Assembly (NCBI GenBank): GCA_030141605.1
Contig: JAQGDQ010000035.1
Location: forward strand, 682,001 to 746,000
Source of the DNA: Tubiluchus corallicola
Lineage: Eukaryota; Animalia; Priapulida
Length of the DNA stretch: 64,000 nt
Reading direction: 5' to 3'
Of the stretch, positions 26,001-38,000 are shown in pieces. Position 1 is the stretch's first letter, and the number at the start of each line of letters is the position of its first letter. A model generated the notes under the pieces. The model ran no database searches. It had not been told where the DNA came from and saw only the letters and a program-made list of their open reading frames with translations. Position numbers and translations under genes: made by a program.

Positions 26001-29000
26001 ACAAGACCCAACCCATCTTATCAAACGGTTGTGACCCCTACTACATCGAAATCAAAATAATATTAGAGTTCTTACCTTTCTTCAACAGGTGCTGCCCTCT
26101 GCAAAAGCAGAATGTTATTTTTCACAAATTCTTCATGCACAGGGATAACAAGCTTTGGGCCGTTCCCTATATTTTTCTCATGATTTTGAAAAATGTCTTC
26201 AACAGCATTGATTAAACTATTTCTACAATGTCCAACTTCTAACGCTTCAACAGCAGATACAATTTGGTTCCCTAATGAAGTCATGCCAGAATAACGCGAC
26301 CTCATGGCTTGACATTTCCACCATTGCAGGTCGACATCAGACAAACGACCTGCAGGTAAATAAGCATCAGCGAAACAAAACGTGTCAAAAGACTGCGAAA
26401 TAATGTCCACAGCATGATCACAGCACTTTTTGTTTTTAATCTCTGAGTCAGTCAGCATCTTTTTTAATTGGTTAGCATTCTCATTTTTTAAACAATCTTG
26501 AAATTGGCCAAATAATTCTTTGTTTGTTCTGTTAATTGTTGCTTTGTTGAGTGTCAACGCTTTTTCTTCACTGTCGCTGTCTGAAATGTAGTTACAAATG
26601 CGTCCCCATTTATGCTTCGGTTTTAGCCGGGCCAACAAATCATCAGACAGTCTGATATAATCTTGAGAATGGATAACTGCACATGGAAGTGGCAAGCACT
26701 GAATGAAATTGCTATACAATATGTCAACATTCACATTTTTATAGTCACAGATGAAGTTACTTTTTAGGTGAAATGAACCATTCTTCAATAAATCTAATGC
26801 ATTACAAGGTTTCAAAGGACTCACACAATAATATGAATGCAATACACATTTGTTAGACTCTGGCAATTTTTCCTCATCTTTATTACCATACAATGTCAAT
26901 AAATTGTTCTCATCATTTTCTAGAGTTTTTAATGCACCACAAGATTCATGCTCAACATTCAATAGACCATCATTTCTGCCAATAATAGATTCACAACTGC
27001 TTGTTTCATCATCAGAAATAACATTTGACTTTTTAGCTTTCGGATAAACATCAGTAAAGTCTACAAAGTCCAGCTCTTCATTCAAATGATGTGCATTATT
27101 GGCCTTTAGATCAGAATTTTTACTGTTTGATAGCAGACATTCTGGCTTGAATTTACTCATGCAAACTAGATCAGAAATTTGGCAAACATCAGATCCAGAC
27201 TCCACCCAGAACTGAAGAGACAGCAAACATTTGCGTATGTCACCACCATAATATTTAACAAGAGAAAAAATGTCTTGATATTTCGTTCGGATATTTTCTG
27301 CTAGTGCCAGGACTTGTAAGTAACTGGTAGTATTTGCCTGAAATGAAAACGAGTGTTAAGATACAACCAGTCAAGATGTAGATAATAAGCATCCAAATAA
27401 GGTCAGTTACAGTTAATTATCACGAAATGCACATTTAATTCTTTTTTTATTCTCGGAGTTTGGCTATAATGCTAACTAGTATAACTTTTGCACCTTTGTT
27501 AATTGTGAAAACAACTAATCCTAGCAAATCTGATTCACTCAGTACTGCTTGAATATTTTTGAGTGTGATGTACGAAAGGGGAAGAAAAATAAATTTTAAG
27601 GTATATCTAAAAAAAGCATTATGCTTACACATTTGAAAGGCTTGTGTAATTGGAAAAGAAAATTCTTAATAAGTTAAGATGTTCATTCCAACTGATTAAA
27701 ACATCACCATTTCACTATCCCAGTGTGCACTACTGGTTAACGGAAAATATATTATTAGTTTTATTGACAATATAAAGTAATTTATAGTTTTGATTAGCTA
27801 GCAAAGAGTGTTTGACGAATGCTCTGATTATTTTTTTTTAAACTTACACAATGTTATATAAGCTTGTTGCAAATGACACAGTTAAAGTGGATGAGCCTAA
27901 TAGTCATTGCGGAACTTTAAATTTACAAGTTTTATACTGCTGTTGCTAATGCAAGCTTTGTATGCAATAAGTTATAGAGATTTTCGGTGTTTTCTTTTCC
28001 TTTAAGTGAGATAAATTTTGTATGCATTAATAATATAAAAAATGCAAGACAGTAATTTTTGCATTTTAATCCTTCATCCAAACTATAGTGGTGGTTTGAA
28101 ACATCGTGCTATCTCCTTTTCTTAATTGTGGGACTTTTCGTTAAATGTAATCATTTACGAATAATTCTACCAATAGAAAAAAATCCAAATAATTGATCAA
28201 TCATGTAAACAACCTAATAAGTAAATGTTATTACTAATGAAGGAATTTTGAAGGTGACTTCTTCATGGTCATTTTTCAGTCTCAATGCCACTTGTGGATC
28301 ATTGGTTGTCATTACAATAGGACGTTTTGTTGTAGCCATAAATGTGTTGACAGCTGACCAAAAACCATCGTCATGGTCTTCAAAAACATTATTTACCTAA
28401 AATAGTAAGTAACTTAATCAAAACTTACTTTTTTGCTACAGTTATTTAGTGCAAAAGCTGAGAGACAAAATTAAATCACTAGCTTCACACAATGATTGGA
28501 AACTTTAGTATTAAATTAATAAAACTAATGATTCCTAGAAGAACTTAGTAAATCACACATCTTTTTCCATTTTTTCTGTATGCCCAATTGCCAAATTTGA
28601 GACAAATGCATTCAGAGAACACGTTATTGAAGATACTGTCGACTCGCAGGTTGGACTATTACAGCAAAGGGTTATTAAGATTTCATTTCTCAACAAAAAA
28701 TTTGTTTGTCAAATTTGAAAATGAGATAAGTTCATGTCATAGAGCCAATACCTGTCATTTAATAATAACTAAAGGCTGAATGTGCCATACTATGACTTTT
28801 AGAAAGAGCTTTTAAAGTCAGTTGACAGTGTAAGAAACAAGAATTCATATTGTAAAAGTGAAATTCATTTCAATTTGCTAGATAAAGACACTCATATGCA
28901 GCTGCACTGTCATAAGATAGGCCACTGTCTATAGATCAATCTTGTGACCTAAAGTGAAGTCTGCCTATGTTCGATGTTACAATTTGTAATCGACACCTAC

Positions 29001-32000
29001 CACACAGAAAAGTTGACATTACAGTGATGCTGCACACTATTCGCCAGCCTATAGTGGAGCAAAGAAGAGTAGAGATTAAGAAATGAGTAAGTAACGGCAA
29101 TATGTGCAGATTGCAACGCACTGTAAATTGGTAGTATTGGAGTACGCACTCAGAAGGTTTACTGCTTCTAATAAAAATATGGTTGAATAATTGTAGTAAG
29201 TGGCAACATGGTGCACAAAAATTTGTCTGCATTCATGTCCGCCTTCTCAGAAAAAGTCGCTGATTCCAAAATATCTGATATACAAAAATGCAGTTTTTCA
29301 TAATAATTAAAGCATCTCAAAAATGCAAGCCGCATTATCAGTGTTGCCACATTCATAGCTTGCGCAGTCCTAATACACTTGTACTGCAGTGCAAACAGAA
29401 ATTGTTTTACTGATGGAAAAAAATGCACTGCTATGGAAGAACTATTTTGTACCCTGTAGCAGTAGTCAAAAAGTTAGTTACTGTTACTGTTTAGAAAAAC
29501 AACAAAAACAGTGGCAGCTACCTAGGAGATAGAAGAACAGCAAAAAACAAAACTACTTCTAGCAATCAAAAGCCTTCAATATTCAAAAGCTTATCACATT
29601 TGCTCAACATATTACCGACTTCAAAACGAAGAACAAATGTCATCATCATTTACCTCGTCAAACAAGATCAAGCAGTTCTTGCCTAGTTTCGTTTGTTGTT
29701 CAGGTAAATTACTTTCTGATTGACTACTGGTAATTTTGATGTTTGAATTATTTGTCACAACAGCAGATGTTCCAGGAATAGCTGAAACAGCAATGAAGTT
29801 AACCAAAATAGGCTGGTTCAAACTGAATGGTGCAAAAATATTTGAGCATAAAAAGACAAAACCAGTTTTTGTGCTAACTTTAGTAGCAGTATGTTAGTAC
29901 ATCGATTTTTACTAACACATAAGCCAATTTCACCATTTGCTTTCAATTTCAAATTTGGGAACTTTATTAGAAAACTTTAATTATGTAATTAGTTACATTT
30001 TATAACCAAGCAAAAATGAAGTGGCTACTATGGAAAGAAACATTCTCGAAAAAAGAAAACAGTGTTAAACACTTTTTCAAAAACAGATACCACACTTAGC
30101 AATCATCACTTTAGCTGCTAGGTAATTTAGAAAACTACACAAAAAATAAAAAATGCCATTTCAATTAAATGTGCTATTTAAGTGACAATGTTGATATTTG
30201 TAGCAAGTGAATGACTGTAAGCATGTATATTGCCTATTGTACATTGTTTATTGATTAAAGCACAAAATATTTCTTCTTCTTGTGTGTGCAAATATATGAC
30301 TTGCAAAATGTAGTTTCTGATACAGCACATGTAAAATAAATGTACCAAACCTGACATAAAAATTGTTTGCACATTTTTCCTTACTAAAGCTTTAAACACC
30401 TTAAAACAAGTGCCTACTAGTCTGAGTTAATTCTGTTATACCATAGTATTGTACTGTAACAAAGAACTAGTAACATCAAAAAAGTGATTACTAAACTCAT
30501 ATTTAAATATGTGCTGTACACCTACTTCGTTACCTTTGAATTCCATGTCAGAATGTCCCAGAAGTGTTACTATAAGGTTACTAGGAGAAACAGAGGCACC
30601 AAAGTGTGTTATCAAATCATGTAACAATATTATAGTAATTTGTATTGATTATATTAAAACACAGTAAGCAAGTTGTTACTAATTTATTACTAAATTGCTC
30701 TCTATATAATGTACATTGATTTCACTGAAATAAAACCTGAATTTGTATATGTGACATCTATTAAAAGACTATCCTTTATATAGTTAAACTTATTTTAACT
30801 ATTATAAGTTTTGATACTTGGAATTTAACTAGTACATTCTTCATATTGTTTGATAATTATTAAAATTTTACCTTGAAGAGATTTATGTTTTTTTGCAGTT
30901 TTGCTACCATGATCAAAGATTTTTGCTAATGAAACATTCTTGGATGGAACATCTGATTGCATATCTATCAAAGATGTTGCTTCTGTCTTCGATGAGACAT
31001 GGTGAGACTGAGTTGCTTCCTGCAGCTGGGATAAAATATGTTTTCCAGTCCGCCTTGAACTTCCGTTCAACTCAAAAACCTAAAAATCAAGAGAAAATTT
31101 TTTTAAGAGGCTGTCACAGTAGTAGGTTCTGACACTGTTACTTTTGCAAAATGGTTTTATTCAACATAAACTTTAAGAATAAACCATATTTTATTATGCG
31201 ATGCAAAATGTTGAAGAAACAGAAATTGCCAATTTTAATTTTTCTATTATTCCATTTCTGATGTTGATCTAGCTATAATCTCAGCAGTTATTTACATTAC
31301 AACAAGACTTGTGCTTTGTTTTTCCCCATTCAAGACTGACGCTTCAATCTTATAGTTAATTTTACCACTCGATTCTTGTTAAAGAATCTAGCCTCAACAA
31401 GTTGTAAACTTTTCTAGACCTTCCCATCACAGATTTCAAGTTCTACTCATTTGTAGGTAATTTATTCGTCTTTAATGAATTATTTACGTCAAAATTAGAT
31501 CAAACCTTGTAACCCAGATCTTGGGCAAGTGCGTATACTGCAGCTGTTTTTCCAATTCCATTAGCACCAGACAAAATCATAGTGTTACATATATCTATAT
31601 TGCTACTGTCAGTACTACTATTGCTGCTGTCATCATTGATGAAGTCCATATCATCAGGGTGAAATTTGCCTATTGGTAAGAAAATACATTTCATTTAAAA
31701 TTGTTACATTATACAAGTAGTCGTCGACTTACGACCACAATCGGCTCTGACAGATTGGTCGTAAAATGAATTGGATGCAAGGCAGACCTGTATATTCAAG
31801 CGGCACACCCACATGCAAGATGTTGTATGTGTACACACTAATGCGCCTATAACAAAACTGTGGAGACAGTGGTTTAGTTAATTTATTTAAAAAAATAGAA
31901 GGAAATATAATTTATTTAGTTGGTTTTGTATAATTAATTTATTAAGTTGTGGTCGGGTTGTAAATGTGAACAGTCGCAAGTTGCATAGGCCATAAGTCGA

Positions 32001-35000
32001 TAACTACCTGCACAGATGAAGCTCGATAAACAGAAAGTTCTTTTTACTGAACACATTTTAATCTGCACCAGCAAACATAATCTTTTTTATGGTAACGAGA
32101 TATTGCATAGGGAATGTTGCAGACGTGAGTGTTCCATCTCCGTTACTGTGTTTTTCATATTCAAAAGACACATTAGGTGCAATTCTTTATTATTTATGGT
32201 TATGTTCACTTTTATAACTTAAAAACAGTGAAGATGAAGAAATCAATTTAAACTGATAGAGACGGGACAAAACACGACGTATAGTAAGAACAATCACGTA
32301 TTAGAACATAGAAAATTTTACTCCAATTTGAGGCATTTTGATGCAAATACTACAAATAAAAATAACAGGTATATAAATCTGTCAAGTGCATTCTTAGTAA
32401 ACTTAATTAAAGAGACATCACACTTGTAAAACTTCTTTTACACTCTCTCATAGCTTTATTATGCACAAGTATCATAGTGTATTAAAACTGCTTGTACCAT
32501 AAATAACGGTGTAAATGCATTAAATTTACTACATAAATTTATATAAACCATCACACTAACATACTTAGGAGTTTAACAATAAAGTACAAATTATGTACTT
32601 AAGTCCTAAGCTGCAGTAGGCATATAGGGTGCTGAAGTTAGAAAAGCTGTGACCAATATACAGGTTTAAGTAATGGGGATACGTAATTTCTTTGTTTAAA
32701 ATGATAGGAGCACAAACCTATAATACAATTTTCTGTTTATAACAATAAATTAATTAATTAATTACCGGTGCTTATAAAATGTAGATGAAGAAAGCAATGA
32801 AAAATGTGATACGGGCCATCGTAGGTGAAGCGTGATAGAGCTTTGAGCTTTTATTGAACAATTTATACTAGTAAACACTAACTGACATAGTATTATTCTA
32901 TTGCAACTACACAGATTTATGTATAATTGTCACACAATATAGCACAACTATTGTATATATTAATTTCGCTGGTATATATATATATATATGTGTAACCGAC
33001 AACGGCACCATTTTCGACGATCTATATGTCAAATGAAAGGTCTCCACCCAAGGGTTCACACCTGGGGGGTTTATTCTATTATTATTATTATTATTATATT
33101 ATATTAGGTTTATTTTTCGAATCGGGCCCACCGAGAGTAACGGGAGCCGGAAAACCTCCAAAAATGACCATTTTTTGGCCGTTTTTTACAAAAATTGCAA
33201 AACTTATACCTCTTATTTCTGGAGATGGGTGTGTGGGGTGGGTTGGTTTTGGTTTGGTGGGTGTTTGTTTTGTTGGGGTGGGGGGCGTGATGGGCGTTTT
33301 CGTGGACCCAACCACACAAATTTTGCAGAAAACTGCTCAAACAGCCTCTAGAAAAAAGCTCAGTTTGTGCAACTGGTTGGGCATGCTGGGAAATAAGCAC
33401 ACTCGCAGAAACAGGACGAAACGGTATACAAAATGTTGAAGGTTTTGTTGGGAGAGATGTATACTGGACGAAACGGGAGGGGTGTATTTCGAAGTTCTTT
33501 TTCTACCCCTTGTGGTGTACGCTATTTGGAACATCCATTGTCTGAATTTGAGAAATTTTTAGGCTGTTCCAGGCATTATGTTTACTAATGATCAATAAAG
33601 TGCGGACAATCCACATAGTTTTGTTTGCTGCTTCTCAGATGATAATAGGCTAACAGATCTTACTTACATGTATAATCTATGACTAAGAACATTTATTATA
33701 GCACACAGTTTTGACTTTATGGAAAATGTTTGGAATGGTTTTGTTGTGATTCTGTGCTGTTTGTGCTGGTGCTGTAGGTGTCGTCATTATTGCCGCCATC
33801 ATCATCATCATCGCCTTCAACATCATGATCATCATGTGATGTGGTGGGTGTGGTGTGGTGGTGGTGGTGTGCTGTGGATGTTGTGCTGTGGATGGCATGG
33901 TGGGGTGTGCTGTGGATGGTGCGGTGGGGTGGTAAGGTGTGTGTGAAGTTGGTACAGTGGTGTGATGTGGATAATCAGGTGGGGTGGTAGGGTGTTGGTG
34001 TAGTGTGGTGGGTGATGTTTGTTGTGGGTGGTGTGGTGTGGTGATATGGTGTATTGAGAATGGCGTGGCAGGTTGGTGTGGTGTGGTGTGGGTTGTTGTT
34101 GTGAGTTTATGCACAAAATTCTTTTGCGGGGTTTGGCTAGTAAATAAATTAATAGAAAAATGAACTTAAGCTCCACAACCAGCACATTAAAAGGTTTTCC
34201 TTACGGGAACTTTTTACCCCAAATTATCCTAAACACAAAAACATTTTAGTTTAGACGAATGAATGCAGGTGTTTATGCTTCAGTCCCTACTCGCCACTTT
34301 TCGGAGTTTACAAACAAAAGATCTTGGACAAAATTCTGCTCCACTGAAGTCGAAAAATCTAGTTTTTCCATCGGGTACCCGAGTAATTACCTACATTGTT
34401 TATTGCTCCAGCCTAATATTTCTATCTTTCTATCCAATTCCACCAATGACAATGTTGACATTATTTGTAATATGATAACCATTGTTAGAGAATTTAGCCA
34501 CCTTCTGCTGTGTGCTTCTATAGTAGATACCTGCTAGCAAACTATTAAGTATTAACTGTTGCTTTGGCAGTAGGAGATGGTAGATGAAACCATTTTTGCC
34601 ATAGGGGTGACTTACAAAAAACAAACTAGGATTTCTTTACCAAGAAGTTAATCATCCATATGAAATTATGTATTAAGTTTTAAAAACCGATGTCAGGCCA
34701 ATAACAAAGATAAGGACAAATAGACTGTTAAGTTTAATAGCACACAAAAAGGATAATATAGATGATTTTATTCCCCTAATTTCTACGCTGTATTAATACT
34801 GCACAGTGTTGGTACCTAGTAGGTGATGTAGCTGACTCACTGACCAAGGGTGATATTAAGTAATTAAGAAGTTTGGCAGATAAAAACTCAGTCAAATGTC
34901 TTGTGTAGGAAAACACTAACTTTTGTGACTCATAGCTCGTGTGTTCAGGCTCTTAGGGTGTAATAACTGAATGCTTGTTATTAACATAACAGTGCTGTCA

Positions 35001-38000
35001 GTTAAAATGTATCAGTGGTTATTTTTATACGTGAACATAAATCATTACAATTTCTTCATTGCTGCTGAATCTTAATAATTGGGTACCTGGATACCCCACT
35101 AGTATAAGGAAAAGGGCAGCTGAGTGTTATTTTTTCCACCCACGTAAACACTAGAAAATCCGAATACAATTTGCTCTTATTTACCTTTATATCTTTTGTG
35201 CACATGTTTGTTTTTAGTTTTCTCCTTAGCAACAGCTTCTTTTTCAACAAAATGTTTCCACTTTTCAAGCCACTCCTTTAATTGTTTCATTGCATTACTG
35301 TTTCCTATAATGCCAGCTTTGGCAGAAGGGGCATATTTCTCTGTCCACAATTTAGTCCTCGCTGAAAAACAACAAATAACATTAATGTTAGTACTAAGTT
35401 TAAGCTCACTTTGAATCACAATTGGAAATCACTTTCTACAGAAGTTGACTAAAGAAATTGACTCAGAGATTTGACAGGGGCTAAAGGTACTTCTTACATT
35501 ACTGATTCAAGATGTTTAAGCGAGAATTTAATACCCACACGTAGAAAGAAATGGTTCGTTAGTTTCTTGGTGGCAACTTCTTCTATGGTGTTACATAGAT
35601 AATCAATTTCCCAATTATTATAATAATAATATACACTAGCATTGTAAAGCTGTCTTGGTATTTCGATTTCAATGCAAGCTTGGTTTGTAGTTGAAGTAAG
35701 CTAATCAAACTAGACCACTCCATTGAGAATTTTGTAAGCACTCCCTTGTTACAAATGTGTCTTCAATAATGTGGTATAAGAAATACTACTAGTTTTTGGT
35801 TACCTTTGCATTTGAGAATTTCTTTCATTGTTATCATTGTTAAATATCTGATTGTTTTTACAGCAACACATGTAAACAAGAGAAAAAGAGATTCCTTGTT
35901 TATCAACTCAAAATTCAACAGATGGCTTCATAACCTTCATGTCTTAAGCTTGAGTTTGTTTACTTTAAGTACAAAAGTTTAGTTTTCCATTGGCAATTTT
36001 ATTCTGCATGTTTTCTCTTGCTCTTTTCTGCTGGAGACACAAGTGGCTCTTGCACATGCTATAACCTTTTACAAAATTTCTTATAATTAAGCTATTAAAT
36101 TTATGTCTTTGTGACACAGCGTTAGATGGGTTTAAAAAGCTACTTTACCCAAAGGCAAACAAATTAATATTGAAGTTTTTGTACCTAAATTTTCTGACAG
36201 AAAATCATTCTCGCTATGTCGTTTTATTTGCAAAATTCGTTTGTACGTGCGAATCACGTGAAAAGCAGAATTATACTGTTTGATTTCTGCTAGCAAATGC
36301 TTGATACACCATAAAGGAAACTCCACAGATTTGAAAAGTTCATCTGCCTGCAACAAAAAGAAAGGAGTAAACTTATACAGTCAGCCAATGACTTACGACC
36401 ATACTCGGTTCCAAACAGTCATAACCAAGGCAGGTCAACATATCATGAGTCCTACATACAGCAAGAAATACTATTGTTTTCTTCAAAAACAGAAAATTAA
36501 ATTCCATAGTTTTCCTGACTGGTACAAGTTTATTTTCTGCAGTTTAAGACAACATTTGAAATATCTTTTAAAATTTTAATAACTCTACTTTGTTTGGCAA
36601 ACTAAACACTAGAAATTTCAACAACAAATAGCCTTAAACTGTTTTCATATAACTAAATATTATTATTCTGCAGTATTTGACACAAGTGCTACAAATCAGC
36701 AAGACTCATCAACAAGTTACTTCAGTAAGAGATCACATTACTGTACTTCATTACTTACACACAGTAAGCTTGTTGCAACTTTGATATAAAATTATCAGTA
36801 TGATGAAAATGCATAATTTACTTAACGAACATCATGCACAGAATGACATGACAACTGCTAATAAGACTTTAAGAAAAAACTTACGGACTTCGTTATCTGT
36901 GGTTTAGTATTGAAATCACAATGTATTAGCTCATGAATAGAGTCATTACTGAATGTTTTTGATATCATCTGATCCTTCTGTCTGAAATAATAAAATTCAG
37001 CTGTAAGATAAGACTAAGTACTGCACTAAATCTGTAACTTATTTTCAATTTTTGTGGGTAACTGATGATTCCCACCCATTTTGTACTAATTTGTAGCTTC
37101 TTTCTTCACTGCCCTAAGTCAAAAATTTTGGCGTTGCACTTTTGACTTATCTACGTTGCCACCAAACTTTAGGTCCGATTCTGAAATTGCTTCTGAAGGC
37201 TCATCTTTTCTTTGATTTTCCGCATTTGAAACTGCTGAAGCAACTTTTTAATTTTTGTGGGCTCATGTCTAGTTACAAACACCCTTCTATGCATAACGAT
37301 AATAATTAATAAATGATAATAAATAACAGCACACACAAAAGACATACAGTGCAGTACCATTTGATTGTTAAACAGTTAGTGCCTTGGAAAAATGTGAGTA
37401 ATTTTGAATTCCATACACTATACAGTCTTGATGGTATATACATACTCAGTTTTTTAATTATATATAATACACTACACGCTTCCGTATAGCCTCAATTCGA
37501 GCACTGGCTTTACAAAATATTGTTTGTCAACTGTGGATTATAATAGTCTTAGTGAAAGAAAAACACTACAGCTGTCATTGTCAATTAAAAATAAGGAAGT
37601 TTATGTGTTTGCTATTAATCATAATTTGAATTCACCAGCTTAACATACCTAAATTTGAACACATCAAGCTCCAGTTGCTGTAATATGCAACTGTGATCAG
37701 TTTGTTGAATGTGACTGAATTGAGGAAAAGGAGGATACTCTGCAGCATCATAAGATGCCGCACCAGCCATTTGTTTTCGAATAACGTCTGGAACTCCACT
37801 CATAAGGAAGGCACGTTTGCGCTCAAGAACAGCTAATTCTTCTTCAATGAAAGGTCGCTTTTCTCCCAGCTTGGATTTAGTAGATTTGACAAAAATTGGA
37901 GCTAATTTTACCCCTAGAAACATTAAAAATACTGAAAATGTTATACATTGACTCACACTAAAGTAATACACTGCAATCGGAAGTGTTGATAAATACACGT

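Noticed and set aside
33683-34185. His/Pro/Thr-rich and Gly/Val/Trp-rich ORFs
   Set aside because: Translations of a TGG/GTG low-complexity tract inside an ATAD5 intron.
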